From the sequence record NC_054909.1: a stretch of 64,000 nt of DNA. One strand, written 5' to 3'. The DNA is from Escherichia phage EC121. This document shows positions 32,591-43,691 of the stretch, piece after piece. Position numbers and translations under genes: made by a program. How positions within the stretch are numbered: position 1 is the stretch's first letter; each line of letters opens with the position of its first letter. The notes beneath the pieces were generated by a model. It was not told the DNA's origin and did not search any database. It worked only from the letters and a program-made list of their open reading frames with translations.

Positions 32591-32604
32591 GGGCCTTGCG
32601 GCCC
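32591..32604 (-). terminator. Hairpin (attenuator/terminator) between nrdB and denA
   Basis: GGGCC-TTGC-GGCCC hairpin followed on the minus strand by ATTTTATTAT. Confidence 0.45.
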
Positions 32605-32609
32605 ACTCC

Positions 32610-33788
32610 TTAAAAGTATTTTTTAAAACTCATCATAACTTTATCATCAACATCATTATCAATCTGTGCAACAAGATAAGATGACAGTTCTACTTCTTGC
32701 GGCGCGGATTGAACATTATCAGAATTAAGGTATTCACGAATCCAAGGATATGGATGTTTAACCGGAGCATCGGTAATCGGGCATGGAAGACCACACTGTT
32801 TCATACGAGATACAGTTAAGTAATCAATAAAGCTCCACATGCTATTTGTATTTAATCCAGGAACATCGCCATCTTTAAATAAATGAACTGCCCAATCTTT
32901 TTCTTGACGGTTAACTTCCATGAAAATATCAACTGCTTCTTGTTCACACTCTTTGGCAATTTTAACCCATTCATCGCCATCAGTACCAGATTGAAGTTGA
33001 CGAATAATATATTGTGTACCTTTAAGATGAAGCTGCTCATCACGTGCAATAAATTTCATAATCTTCGCATTACCTTCCATGATTTCCATGTTCTTATGGA
33101 AGTTGAAAGTACATGCAAAGGATACATAAAAACGAATAGCTTCCAGAGCATTGATAACGTGCAGACAGAGATAAAGCGACTTCATCAGGTCTCGTTTACA
33201 TTCTTCCAAATGAGTGAGACTGTTTGAATATGCTTCTAAATCATATTCATTTTCAGCAAAATAACTAAAGTTTTCTTTGGCGTTTTCCCAAATACGTGTC
33301 TTGTCCAGAACATCATCATAATAACGACCCATAGATTCAGCACGTTTCATGATAGCTTTATCTAATACAATCTCATCAAATACCCTTGACGGATCAGTAT
33401 AAAGATTTCGCATAATATGAGTGTATGAACGACTGTGAATAGTTTCACTAAAAGTCCATGTAGCAACCCATGTATCAAGGCTTGGGTCTGAAATCAATGA
33501 CATAAGTACAGCAGACGGTGCACGACCCTGAATGCTATCCAGAAGTGATTGATACTTCAGATTATTAGTAAAAATATTCTGCTGATATTGAGGAAGCTTA
33601 TTAAACTGTGCAGCATCCATCATTAAGTTTACTTCTTCAGGACGCCAGAAAAATGATAATTGCTTTTCGGTCAAATCTTCAAAAACTTTATGGCGTTGAA
33701 TATCATAACGCGCAATACCAAGACCTGAACCAAAAAACATAGGTTCTTTTAAAACATCAACTGGATTTGTATTAAAAACTGTAGACAT
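32610..33788 (-). CDS. nrdB: Ribonucleotide reductase small subunit NrdB, intronless
   Basis: 392 aa from the Met at 33788 (AGAGGA Shine-Dalgarno; TAATG overlap with the mobE stop); continuous ORF with no intervening sequence. Confidence 0.9.
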   Translation of the reverse strand: MSTVFNTNPVDVLKEPMFFGSGLGIARYDIQRHKVFEDLTEKQLSFFWRPEEVNLMMDAAQFNKLPQYQQNIFTNNLKYQSLLDSIQGRAPSAVLMSLISDPSLDTWVATWTFSETIHSRSYTHIMRNLYTDPSRVFDEIVLDKAIMKRAESMGRYYDDVLDKTRIWENAKENFSYFAENEYDLEAYSNSLTHLEECKRDLMKSLYLCLHVINALEAIRFYVSFACTFNFHKNMEIMEGNAKIMKFIARDEQLHLKGTQYIIRQLQSGTDGDEWVKIAKECEQEAVDIFMEVNRQEKDWAVHLFKDGDVPGLNTNSMWSFIDYLTVSRMKQCGLPCPITDAPVKHPYPWIREYLNSDNVQSAPQEVELSSYLVAQIDNDVDDKVMMSFKKYF

Positions 33789-34519
33789 TAATTTTTCCTC
33801 TTTAAAATTCTGCCGCGTTTCCAACCTGGCGGTATAATATCATCTTTACCTATAAGCGTGCATTCACTTCCATTATTAATCCATTTCTTACCGCGGATTC
33901 CTTTATAATCTCTTGGTTGTATTTTGTCAAACTTTGCATCAGGTTGATATGCCCATCTAAATCCATAGGCATATTGAAATTTACCCTCAGCACAATATTT
34001 GATATTTGACCCGTTTCCATTAACTGACCTGGACGCTGCCGCAATAGAGTGAAAGGTTTCTATGAAATCCCCATCTAATGAGAATTTATGTATTTCGATA
34101 GATGGGCATGCATACCTATTCACGTTTGATACATGTCGTTTAGTTTCGTTTTTATGATGCTTGCCTAACATTCCTCTAGGATGAGGATTATTTTTCCAGT
34201 ATTTCTTAAAGAAATCAGAATTAGCTTTAGCAAATAATTTTCTGTGCAAGCTATACAATCTGTTATTAATTCTATTACCAGCTTTATCTGTTGCCATTAA
34301 CGTTAACGCAGAGGCAAGCCCAAAATGGCCTTCATTTATCTTACATAGTAATAGATGCGCTATAAAATGTTCTCTAGCTGTTAATTCAACTAAATTTTCT
34401 TTATCATCAGAACCTCCCATGCATTTAGGGACTATATGATGTGTCTCTTTATATTCGGATAAAGGTTCCCGAGCCTGAGCTCGGGAAATTAGGTCGTTAT
34501 AGATTTTTTGATAATTCAT
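33788..34519 (-). CDS. mobE: HNH homing endonuclease MobE (free-standing)
   Basis: 243 aa; HNH core (ETHHIVPKCMGG…NLVELTAREHFIAH); lies between nrdA and nrdB as T4 mobE does; TAATG-coupled on both sides. Confidence 0.8.
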   Translation of the reverse strand: MNYQKIYNDLISRAQAREPLSEYKETHHIVPKCMGGSDDKENLVELTAREHFIAHLLLCKINEGHFGLASALTLMATDKAGNRINNRLYSLHRKLFAKANSDFFKKYWKNNPHPRGMLGKHHKNETKRHVSNVNRYACPSIEIHKFSLDGDFIETFHSIAAASRSVNGNGSNIKYCAEGKFQYAYGFRWAYQPDAKFDKIQPRDYKGIRGKKWINNGSECTLIGKDDIIPPGWKRGRILKRKN

Positions 34520-36783
34520 TACAATTTACACGCTGCACAATCGTCGGCTTTTGGAGTTTCTATTTCATAATCATCAGTACCGGAACCATCACGGGTATTA
34601 TGATAATAGAAATTTTTAATGCCATAATACCATCCGTATAGCATATCATCAATCATTATTGACATTGGAACCTTTCCTTTTGGAAAAATCTGCGGGTCAT
34701 AATATGTATTCGCTGAAGCTGATTGACATACCCATTTAAGCATAATAGCTACCTGCGTAAGATAAGGTTTATTACCTTTCTTAGCTAATTTCCATGTATA
34801 ATCATAGAGGTCTATGTTATGTTCAATATTGGGCACGACTTGATTAAAGGAACCCTCTTTTGATTCTTTAACAGAGACTGGTCCACGTGGAGGCTCGATA
34901 CCGTTTGTACTGTTAGAAACTTGGGAAGATGACTCACATGGCATAAGTGCTGATAATGTGCTATTACGGATGCCAAAGAGCTTAAGGTCTTCCCGCAGCT
35001 CCGACCAGTCACAAACGTATTTTGGAGCTGCGATTTGGTCAATCTTTTTATTGTACCAGTCGATAGGTAATTCGCCTCGAGACCAACGAGTGTCTGAATA
35101 ATATTCGCAAGGTCCTTTTTCTTTGGCGAGCTTAATGGATGCTTTAATGAGCCCATACTGTAATCTCTCAAATAGTTCATGTGTTAAATCGTTAGCATCT
35201 TCATAAGAAGCAAAGTTACTTGCCAGCCAAGCTGCATAGTTAGTAACACCTACGCCAAGGTTTCGACGCTTTTTAGCTTTTTCTGCTTCAGGAACTGGAT
35301 ATCCTTGGTAATCCAAAAGATTATCAAGAGCGCGAACTTGAACTTCTGCTAATTCATTAATTTTATCTTGGTCTTGCCAATCAAAGTTATCCAACACAAA
35401 TGCAGATAACGTGCACAATCCAATTTCAGCATCAGGACTATTCACATCATTTGTTGGAATAGCAATTTCACAACACAGGTTACTCTGACGAATCGGTGCC
35501 TTTTCACGAATAAATGGAGTATAGTTATTCGTATTATCAATGAACTGTACATAAATCCTTGCTGTTCCTGAGCGTTCAGTCATGAGCAATTCAAACAGTT
35601 CACGGGCTTTAATACGCTTTTTACGAATATTAGGGTCTTTTTCTGCAGCTTCGTATAATTCACGGAAACGGTCTTGGTCTTTAAAATAAGAATAATAAAG
35701 CTCGCCACCCATTTCATGCGGACTGAACAAAGTAATGTAGTCGTTCTTTCCGAATCGTTCCATCATCAAATCATTCAGCTGGACACCATAATCCATATGG
35801 CGGATACGGTTTTCTTCTACGCCTTTGTTATTTTTCAAAACGAGAAGATTTTCAACTTCCAAATGCCAAATAGGATAATAAGCAGTAGCAGCGCCGCCAC
35901 GAATTCCACCCTGTGAGCATGATTTAACAGCAGTCTGAAAATGTTTCCAAAAAGGAATAACACCAGTATGGCGTACTTCACCTGTGCCAATCTTAGAACC
36001 TTCGGCACGAATCATACCAACGTTAATACCAATTCCAGCGCGTTTGGAGATATATTCAACAATTGAAGCGGAAGCCTTATTGATAGACTTCAGCGAATCA
36101 CCTGCTTCAATAACAACGCATGAACTAAACTGCCGGGTTGGAGTACGACATCCAGCCATAATAGGAGTTGGCAATGAAATCTGTCGAGTAGATACCGCTT
36201 CATAAAAACGGATAACGTGTTTTAATCTATCAACAGGTTCATCTTGATGCAATGCCATTCCAATAGTCATAAATGCAAACTGTGGAGTTTCATAAATTTG
36301 ACCAGTGGTTTTATCTTTAACTAGATATTTTTCTTTTAATTGCATCGCCCCGGAATAAGTAAATTCCATATCCCGTTCATGCTTAATTTTTGATTCTAAA
36401 AATGTAATTTCTTCTGCTGAATATTTTGACAACAATTCAGGGTCATATTTACCTTCATTTACGCAGTAAGAAATATGGTCAATAAATGAACGTGGTTCAT
36501 ACTGTCCATAAACATGCTTACGAAGAGCGAACATTAAACAGCGTGCAGCTACGTATTGATAATCAGGCTCTTCAACTGAAATAGAATTCGCAGCAGCCTT
36601 AATTACAATGGTTTGAATGTCATCAGTTGTCATTCCATCACGGAGATATGATTTAATATTTTCATATAATTCATAAGGATCTACTGATGTTCCTTCAGCT
36701 GCCCAAGATAAAACTTTAATAATTTTTTGTGGGTCAAAGCTCTGAGAAACACCACTACTTTTGATAACATTAATTAATTGCAT
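34519..36783 (-). CDS. nrdA: Ribonucleotide reductase large subunit NrdA
   Basis: 754 aa (T4 NrdA length); ATP-cone N-terminus and class Ia catalytic motifs. Confidence 0.95.
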   Translation of the reverse strand: MQLINVIKSSGVSQSFDPQKIIKVLSWAAEGTSVDPYELYENIKSYLRDGMTTDDIQTIVIKAAANSISVEEPDYQYVAARCLMFALRKHVYGQYEPRSFIDHISYCVNEGKYDPELLSKYSAEEITFLESKIKHERDMEFTYSGAMQLKEKYLVKDKTTGQIYETPQFAFMTIGMALHQDEPVDRLKHVIRFYEAVSTRQISLPTPIMAGCRTPTRQFSSCVVIEAGDSLKSINKASASIVEYISKRAGIGINVGMIRAEGSKIGTGEVRHTGVIPFWKHFQTAVKSCSQGGIRGGAATAYYPIWHLEVENLLVLKNNKGVEENRIRHMDYGVQLNDLMMERFGKNDYITLFSPHEMGGELYYSYFKDQDRFRELYEAAEKDPNIRKKRIKARELFELLMTERSGTARIYVQFIDNTNNYTPFIREKAPIRQSNLCCEIAIPTNDVNSPDAEIGLCTLSAFVLDNFDWQDQDKINELAEVQVRALDNLLDYQGYPVPEAEKAKKRRNLGVGVTNYAAWLASNFASYEDANDLTHELFERLQYGLIKASIKLAKEKGPCEYYSDTRWSRGELPIDWYNKKIDQIAAPKYVCDWSELREDLKLFGIRNSTLSALMPCESSSQVSNSTNGIEPPRGPVSVKESKEGSFNQVVPNIEHNIDLYDYTWKLAKKGNKPYLTQVAIMLKWVCQSASANTYYDPQIFPKGKVPMSIMIDDMLYGWYYGIKNFYYHNTRDGSGTDDYEIETPKADDCAACKL

Positions 36784-37100
36784 AAGTCCTCAACTTGAAA
36801 ATCGTCTTTAAACAATCGGTTAACTATATGAGCTATTATATCACCATGACACGGCTTCAGTTTACATGTGCATCCTAGCCTCATTCCACGTAAAGGCTCT
36901 AAATGTGCTTTAGTTATTTCTCCGGATTTAATTCGACGTATAAAATCTTTTTTGAATAATTCAATGGCAGCCTCCCGGCTGCCAGCATCTTTACCGACGT
37001 AATTTCCCCAAAATGTACCACGGTGAATATTAACATCAAAGTCGGATTTATATTTATTCACTACCTGACATAGACGGCCCGCGCGGTGATAATTCGTCAT
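36774..37100 (-). CDS. Hypothetical protein (nrdA.1 position)
   Basis: 108-aa ORF. Confidence 0.5.
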   Translation of the reverse strand: MTNYHRAGRLCQVVNKYKSDFDVNIHRGTFWGNYVGKDAGSREAAIELFKKDFIRRIKSGEITKAHLEPLRGMRLGCTCKLKPCHGDIIAHIVNRLFKDDFQVEDLCN

Positions 37101-37329
37101 ATTGTTTTTCCGTTAAAACAGTAATATCATAATAACAATCAGAAGAAGTTTTAACTGTAGAAATTTTATTATCAAAATACTCACGAGTCATTTTATGAGT
37201 ATAATATTTTTTGCCATAAATGATAATAGGCTGATTTGGTCCTGGAACTTCTAACTCGCTTGGATTAGGAAGTGTAAAAAGAACGACACCAGAAGTATCT
37301 TTAAATCGTAAAATCATATATCCTCGCAA
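37054..37329 (-). CDS. Hypothetical protein (nrdA.2 position)
   Basis: 91-aa ORF; likely starts at an internal Met. Confidence 0.45.
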   Translation of the reverse strand: MRGYMILRFKDTSGVVLFTLPNPSELEVPGPNQPIIIYGKKYYTHKMTREYFDNKISTVKTSSDCYYDITVLTEKQYDELSPRGPSMSGSE

Positions 37330-37337
37330 TAATAAAA

Positions 37338-37649
37338 TTACACCGCCATCTTTCCTTTAATAGGAGGATGTGATTCATAGTTGTTAAGAACAAAATTATG
37401 AGGCTTTGCAAATTGACTCAACCAAAATACCTGCGATTCTGTGTCCCATTCATCAAATTCATCTGGAAATTTTAATTGTAATTCGCATAAATCCATAGGT
37501 TCACGACATAAAATTTCTTTACATTGTTCTACGTGATTCATATAGATATGAGTATTACCACCAGAAAATATCAAATCTCCAGGAATAAGATTACACATCT
37601 TAGCTACAATATGAACTAACGTAGCATATGATGCAATATTAAATGGTAG
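37338..37649 (-). CDS. td: Thymidylate synthase, exon 2
   Basis: Encodes [19 protein letters not shown]…PPIKGKMAV; begins immediately after the intron 3' end (…CATAATG|CTACCATTT). Confidence 0.9.
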   Translation of the reverse strand, partial: LPFNIASYATLVHIVAKMCNLIPGDLIFSGGNTHIYMNHVEQCKEILCREPMDLCELQLKFPDEFDEWDTESQVFWLSQFAKPHNFVLNNYESHPPIKGKMAV

Positions 37650-38665
37650 CATTATGTTCAGATAAGGTCGTTAATCTTACCCCGGAATTATATCCAGCTG
37701 CATGTCACCATGCAGATCAGACTATATCTCCAACTTGTTAAAGCAAGTTGTCTATCGTTTCGAGTCACTTGACCCTACTCCCCAAAGGGATAGTCGTTAG
37801 GCATTTATGTAGAACCAATTCCATTTATCAGATTTTACACGATAAGTAACTAATCCAGACGAAATTTTAAAATGTCTAGCTGCATCTGCTGCACAATCAA
37901 AAATAACCCCATCACATGAAATCTTTTTAATATTACTAGGCTTTTTACCTTTCATCTTTTCTGATATTTTAGATTTAGTTATGTCTGAATGCTTATGATT
38001 AAAGAATGAATTATTTTCACCTGAACGATTTCTGCATTTACTACAAGTATAAGCAGAAGTTTGTATGCGAACACCGCACTTACAAAACTTATGGGTTTCT
38101 GGATTCCAACGCCCGTTTTTACTTCCGGGTTTACTGTAAAGAGCTTTCCGACCATCAGGTCCAAGTTTAAGCATCTTAGCTTTAACAGTTTCAGAACGTT
38201 TCTTAATAATTTCTTCTTTTAATGGATGCGTAGAACATGTATCACCAAACGTTGCATCAGCAATATTGTATCCATTAATTTTAGAATTAAGCTCTTTAAT
38301 CCAAAAATTTTCTCGTTCAATAATCAAATCTTTCTCATATGGAATTTCTTCCAAAATAGAACATTCAAACACATTACCATGTTTGTTAAAAGACCTCTGA
38401 AGTTTTATAGAAGAATGGCATCCTTTTTCTAAATCTTTAAAATGCCTCTTCCATCTCTTTTCAAAATCTTTAGCACTTCCTACATATACTTTATTGTTTA
38501 AAGTATTTTTAATCTGATAAATTCCGCTTTTCATAAATACCTCTTTAAATATAGAAGTATTTATTAAAGGGCAGTCCTACAATTTAGCACGGGATTGTCT
38601 ACTAGAGAGGTTCCCCGTTTAGATAGATTACAAGTATAAGTCACCTTATACTCAGGCCTCAATTA
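37650..38665 (-). mobile_element. Group I self-splicing intron in td (1016 nt) carrying the I-TevI ORF
   Basis: 5' end UAAUUGAGGCCUGAGUAUAAGGUGACUUAUACUUGUAAUCUAUCUAAACGGGGAACCUCUCUAG… and 3' end …GGGGUAAGAUUAACGACCUUAUCUGAACAUAAUG match the T4 td intron as I recall it; same length. Confidence 0.88.
37797..38534 (-). CDS. I-TevI: Intron-encoded GIY-YIG homing endonuclease I-TevI
   Basis: 245 aa; MKSGIYQIKNTLNNKVYVGSAKDFEKRWKRH… with GIY-YIG N-domain, zinc finger (CKCGVRIQTSAYTCSKC) and C-terminal HTH; inside the td intron. Confidence 0.92.
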   Translation of the reverse strand: MKSGIYQIKNTLNNKVYVGSAKDFEKRWKRHFKDLEKGCHSSIKLQRSFNKHGNVFECSILEEIPYEKDLIIERENFWIKELNSKINGYNIADATFGDTCSTHPLKEEIIKKRSETVKAKMLKLGPDGRKALYSKPGSKNGRWNPETHKFCKCGVRIQTSAYTCSKCRNRSGENNSFFNHKHSDITKSKISEKMKGKKPSNIKKISCDGVIFDCAADAARHFKISSGLVTYRVKSDKWNWFYINA

Positions 38666-39213
38666 ACCCAAGAAAACATCTACTGATCGCTGATACCACT
38701 GCAGATCCAAATAGCCATTACGCACATTAAATTGATAGAACATATGACAAGGTGGTAATGCCATTTGCTTGAGTTCTGCCGGATTCCATGCTGAAACAAT
38801 TTGACGTCTATCATTTGGCAGTTTTTTAATACGTTCAACAACTTCTATAATTTGATCTACGCCACCAAAATCGCGCCACTGTTTTCCATAAATTGGACCA
38901 AGTTCACCGCTATGGTATCCTAAATCTTTTGCTTGATTTTCGTAATTTTCATCCCAAACTGTTTTGCCTTGGATTAACGAATCATGTTGAATTAATCGCA
39001 AATCATTGACATTTGTGCTTCCCGATAAAAACCATATTAGCTCAGCAATACAGGCTTTCCATGCTAATTTTTTAGTTGTTACCACAGGAAAACCTTTAGT
39101 TAAATCCCAGCGTAATTTAGTACCGAACAAAGCAATTGTTCCTGTGCCTGTTCGGTCATCGGTTTCATAGCCATTTTCCAGAATATCTTTAATTAAAAAT
39201 TGGTATTGTTTCA

Positions 39214-39214
<1 letters not shown>
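38666..39214 (-). CDS. td: Thymidylate synthase, exon 1
   Basis: Starts at MKQYQFLIKDILENGYETDDRTGTGT… (ATG 39212-39214) and ends …RSVDVFLG at the 5' splice site; the ORF track extends it to an upstream TTG. Confidence 0.9.
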
Positions 39215-40243
<1,029 letters not shown>

Positions 40244-40251
40244 ATTATCTC

Positions 40252-40587
40252 CTAATATAAAGGATCGGGAACATATCCACTGGCTTTAATCATTTTAATT
40301 AACGTTAGCAGTCCTTTATTAACTGCTTGTGAGATTTCATCAAAAACTTCATCACTAAAAAGTTCTAACACGCCCTTCTGAACTTTTAATTTACAACCAA
40401 TAATTTCGTCATCGCCTATAGTAAATTCGTTTCCGCCAATTCCACCGAAAAACTTAATTACGCCAGTTAACTGTCTTCCACGAGAATATGGGTCGTGTGA
40501 TAAAGTAATATGAGTCACCCCAGGTACAGTTTTAAATTGGCAGCGAATGTTTACTTGGGAAATTCCAGTTACGTGAATGTCAGACAT
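40252..40587 (-). CDS. Hypothetical protein
   Basis: 111-aa ORF. Confidence 0.5.
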   Translation of the reverse strand: MSDIHVTGISQVNIRCQFKTVPGVTHITLSHDPYSRGRQLTGVIKFFGGIGGNEFTIGDDEIIGCKLKVQKGVLELFSDEVFDEISQAVNKGLLTLIKMIKASGYVPDPLY

Positions 40588-40597
40588 AATATTTTCC

Positions 40598-40840
40598 TCA
40601 AACAGACTTTTTCACAATTTTCCAATCAGCTTTAAACTGTTCAACGTCAGAATGATAAATCCAGAATCCTGCGCTTTCTCCATCCTCATAAAGAGGGCAC
40701 CCATCGCATTCATCTTCCCATCCCATATCACGCAAAAGACGTTCAGCTTTTTCAACAAGTTCAGAATCTTTACCGATGATATTAAAATACCATTTACCTC
40801 TAACTTCTGAATCTTTAATGCTCTGACGTTGTAATCTCAT
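40598..40840 (-). CDS. Hypothetical protein
   Basis: 80-aa ORF. Confidence 0.5.
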   Translation of the reverse strand: MRLQRQSIKDSEVRGKWYFNIIGKDSELVEKAERLLRDMGWEDECDGCPLYEDGESAGFWIYHSDVEQFKADWKIVKKSV

Positions 40841-40894
40841 TTTATTCTCCTTAGTTGATAGGGTAATAGTATCACACTACTACCCTTCTGTAAA

Positions 40895-41275
40895 CTACTT
40901 TTTGAAAGTTTTTCGCAAAAGTTCAATGATTTCATCTACATTGTTTTCGTCTACAATGCAGTGAATTTTTGTTACGCCAGAAATCTTGTCTTTGACTTCA
41001 TCTTCTTCAGAAGTCGATTCTTTATACTCACGAAAACAATGAAATTCATCTTCACAAATTTCTAAAAGTCTATCTTTGAGGTAAAAATGTTTTCCATTTG
41101 CGCATTCAATGTGTTTTACTGCTTTATATCCATTAGCGACGGAAACTTCTTTAACTTCAAACCATCCGCCATTATCTCGAATAGCTTTAACTATTGATGA
41201 ATTAGAACGTGGGCTATAATTAATAAATGTATCAATAAGTCTTGGAACAAGTTCATACTTTCTACCAGTATACAT
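40895..41275 (-). CDS. Hypothetical protein
   Basis: 126-aa ORF. Confidence 0.5.
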   Translation of the reverse strand: MYTGRKYELVPRLIDTFINYSPRSNSSIVKAIRDNGGWFEVKEVSVANGYKAVKHIECANGKHFYLKDRLLEICEDEFHCFREYKESTSEEDEVKDKISGVTKIHCIVDENNVDEIIELLRKTFKK

Positions 41276-41318
41276 TGTGTTTCCTCATTTTAATAGGGGC
41301 TTGATAGCCCCTTAATAA

Positions 41319-41546
41319 TTATTGTTCGATCAGTCCCATGTAAAATTCTGCGTCTTCAGAATCCATGCCGTCACAATACTCATTGGCCATAAAGCGGGTG
41401 AGGTCTTCAAGAGGACCTTCAATAACGATTTGAATACTCCAAAACTTAGAATCTTGTACGCTTGTGATACTAAGTTCAGGATAACGATTACGAATAATTT
41501 CTTCAATATATTCGAAATCAACAATGTCAATATCAACTTTAGCCAT
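41319..41546 (-). CDS. Hypothetical acidic protein
   Basis: 75-aa ORF with an early-promoter/leader cassette upstream. Confidence 0.5.
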   Translation of the reverse strand: MAKVDIDIVDFEYIEEIIRNRYPELSITSVQDSKFWSIQIVIEGPLEDLTRFMANEYCDGMDSEDAEFYMGLIEQ

Positions 41547-41574
41547 ATTATTTTCCTCTTTAATCGTCAGCAGT

Positions 41575-41640
41575 ATTGCCGATAGTTGTATAGTACCATA
41601 GAAGAACAGAGATGTAAACAGTTTTGTGAAAAAAATTTTT
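41575..41640 (-). promoter_or_regulatory. T4-type early promoter/leader cassette
   Basis: Minus strand: AAAACTGTTTACA…GGTACTATACAACTATC… then a leader ending in AAGAGGAAAATAATATG. Confidence 0.45.
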
Positions 41641-41653
41641 TTGAAATAAAAAA

Positions 41654-41672
41654 GGGGACCTCTAGGGTCCCC
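41654..41672 (-). terminator. Rho-independent terminator after gene 32
   Basis: GGGGACC-TCTA-GGGTCCCC hairpin followed by TTTTTTATTTC on the minus strand. Confidence 0.6.
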
Positions 41673-41694
41673 AATTAATTAGTAATATAATCTA

Positions 41695-42603
41695 TTAAAG
41701 GTCATTCAAAAGGTCATCCAGGTCCGTGTCATCAGCACTAGATGAACTGCCAGAGCTTGAGCTCATAAAATCATCTTCAGTTTTTGTTTTGAAGTCATCA
41801 ACATTGAATGCATCCAAATCATCAGCAACTTTATCAGCTTTCTTAGCAGCAGTTGCTGCGGCACCGCCCATAGCAGCAGTTCCCATAACTTGACTGAACT
41901 TAGTGCTCAATTCTTCAAACGATTTGAATTTATCTTTAGAAGTCATTTCAGAAAGGTCAACCATTTGTTCGAACAGTTCTTTCTGGAAAGATTCATCATC
42001 AATGTTTGGAATCGCAGATTGATTCAGGAATTTAGATTCGTCGTAGTTACTAAAACCAGAAACTTGTTTAACTTTCAGTACAAAGTTAGCACCTTCCCAC
42101 GGACAAGTTACATCAACCGGAGTTTCACCCATTTCAACATCAACTGCAATCATTGCGTTGATTTTATCCCAGATTTTCTTACCGAAGCGGTATTTAAATA
42201 CTTTACCTTCATTTTCTGGAGCAGCTGGGTCTTTTACTACAAGAATGTTAGCCCAGTAAGAAGTTTTACGTTTAACAAGACCGTACTCTTTATTGTCAGT
42301 GTTGTACAAATCATTTTTACTGATGTACTGACATACTGGGCAAGAATCGTAATCACCGTGGGTAGATGAACAGTTTTCAATATACCATTTACCATTTTTC
42401 TTGAAACCGTGATTTACAAGAATTGCGAATGGTGCTTGTTCATCATTTTTAGACGGAAGAAAACGAATTACTGCTTGACCGTTACCCGCATTATCGAGTT
42501 TCAGTTTCCACTCGCCTTTATCTTCAGAAGAAAAACCACCTTTATTTCCAGCCAGTTTAGCCATTTGTGCAGCGAGTTCAGCAGTAGATTTACGTTTAAA
42601 CAT
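41695..42603 (-). CDS. 32: Single-stranded DNA-binding protein gp32
   Basis: 302 aa; [17 protein letters not shown]… and acidic Ser/Asp-rich C-terminal tail match T4 gp32. Confidence 0.95.
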   Translation of the reverse strand: MFKRKSTAELAAQMAKLAGNKGGFSSEDKGEWKLKLDNAGNGQAVIRFLPSKNDEQAPFAILVNHGFKKNGKWYIENCSSTHGDYDSCPVCQYISKNDLYNTDNKEYGLVKRKTSYWANILVVKDPAAPENEGKVFKYRFGKKIWDKINAMIAVDVEMGETPVDVTCPWEGANFVLKVKQVSGFSNYDESKFLNQSAIPNIDDESFQKELFEQMVDLSEMTSKDKFKSFEELSTKFSQVMGTAAMGGAAATAAKKADKVADDLDAFNVDDFKTKTEDDFMSSSSGSSSSADDTDLDDLLNDL

Positions 42604-42694
42604 TTTTATTTCCTTTTTAATTTAATTAACAGTTGGTGCTATGACGATGTATGACCTCATAGCTGGTCAGTGAGATAATTATAATCTATTTATA
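42604..42694 (-). promoter_or_regulatory. Gene 32 leader: translational operator (pseudoknot plus AU-rich tract) and promoters
   Basis: Minus strand reads …GCUAUGAGGUCAUACAUCGUCAUAGCAC…UUAAUUAAAUUAAAAAGGAAAUAAAAAUG, the gp32 autoregulatory leader; TATAAATA (late) and GATTATAAT lie upstream. Confidence 0.6.
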
Positions 42695-42702
42695 ATAAGC
42701 AA

Positions 42703-43356
42703 TTAATACTTGCAAGATTTCACAGTTTCAATGAAAACACTTTTGGCTTTCTGTGAATCAATATTTAAAATTTTTCTATAAGCTTTTAACTTTATAGAAT
42801 AATTATTCCAGACTAAATTATCAGTCTGTTCATCATGTTTATCAATTATATTTAAAAACGAATCAAGCAAGATAAACGTCTCAAACGAAATTATATTCGA
42901 TTGAAGTAGTTTAAAAATATAACTTGATTGAACTTTTGGATTATATTCAAAAATTTCTTTAAAAGCAGAAACTTCAACTTTTTTACTAAAATAGTAAATA
43001 TTGCGAATATCTTCTTCAAACTTAAATTTAATTTGCTTTAAGCGTCCGATATATTCACGATAAAACACAAGTGCATCAGCGTCAGAGATGTCACCAATCC
43101 AAGCATCCTGGTTAGCAACCAGATTGCTTATAAAGATTAAAGCAAGTTCCTTTAATTTATATTTTTCTGATAACTTCTGGAAAAAATACTTATCCCTTCG
43201 CTTTTGATAAGCGGCATCAGACACCCGCATGCACCAATTATACTTAATTACATCATACTTTCCATTCATATGTTGTTTTATCATTAAGTATAATTTATAA
43301 ACTGATTTACCATCAATATATCTTTCACCACCAGCAGGCATGCGGAGTTTAATCAT
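42703..43356 (-). CDS. 59: Helicase loader gp59
   Basis: 217 aa (T4 gp59 length); ATGA overlap with gene 33. Confidence 0.85.
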   Translation of the reverse strand: MIKLRMPAGGERYIDGKSVYKLYLMIKQHMNGKYDVIKYNWCMRVSDAAYQKRRDKYFFQKLSEKYKLKELALIFISNLVANQDAWIGDISDADALVFYREYIGRLKQIKFKFEEDIRNIYYFSKKVEVSAFKEIFEYNPKVQSSYIFKLLQSNIISFETFILLDSFLNIIDKHDEQTDNLVWNNYSIKLKAYRKILNIDSQKAKSVFIETVKSCKY

Positions 43357-43691
43357 AGCAGAAAATCTAATGTATTAGTTTTTTCACAACGAACAACAGA
43401 AGGACGTAAAAGATTTTCGTCAATAGCTTCTGACTGAATTTTTTCGATTATACCCGAAGGAATAAATTTAGCAAATTGAGTTTCAGGAATAGAATTTTCT
43501 TCTAAGAATGCTGTTGTAGCTTCAAGATAACTCATTCCAAACTCTTCTACCATTTTTTCAATAATAAATCCATTTTCTTGACGATCAAGAAGCTTTGTTA
43601 TTTCATCCTTTTCTTTCTTGATTGAAAGTTCTTTTTCTGAAAGACCGGTCTCATCGACCGGACGAATATCATTTAGAGAAAACTGTGTCAT
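43353..43691 (-). CDS. 33: Late transcription co-activator gp33
   Basis: 112 aa from MTQFSLNDIRPVDETG…; the ORF track's upstream TTG extension is rejected. Confidence 0.8.
   Translation of the reverse strand: MTQFSLNDIRPVDETGLSEKELSIKKEKDEITKLLDRQENGFIIEKMVEEFGMSYLEATTAFLEENSIPETQFAKFIPSGIIEKIQSEAIDENLLRPSVVRCEKTNTLDFLL

Noticed and set aside
32610-33824. Looked for a group I intron in nrdB as in T4
   Set aside because: The reading frame is continuous across the gene; no intervening sequence or internal endonuclease ORF.
41890-42369. 159-aa ORF on the plus strand
   Set aside because: Lies antisense inside gene 32, whose identity is secure; low-complexity translation; an artefact of AT-rich sequence.
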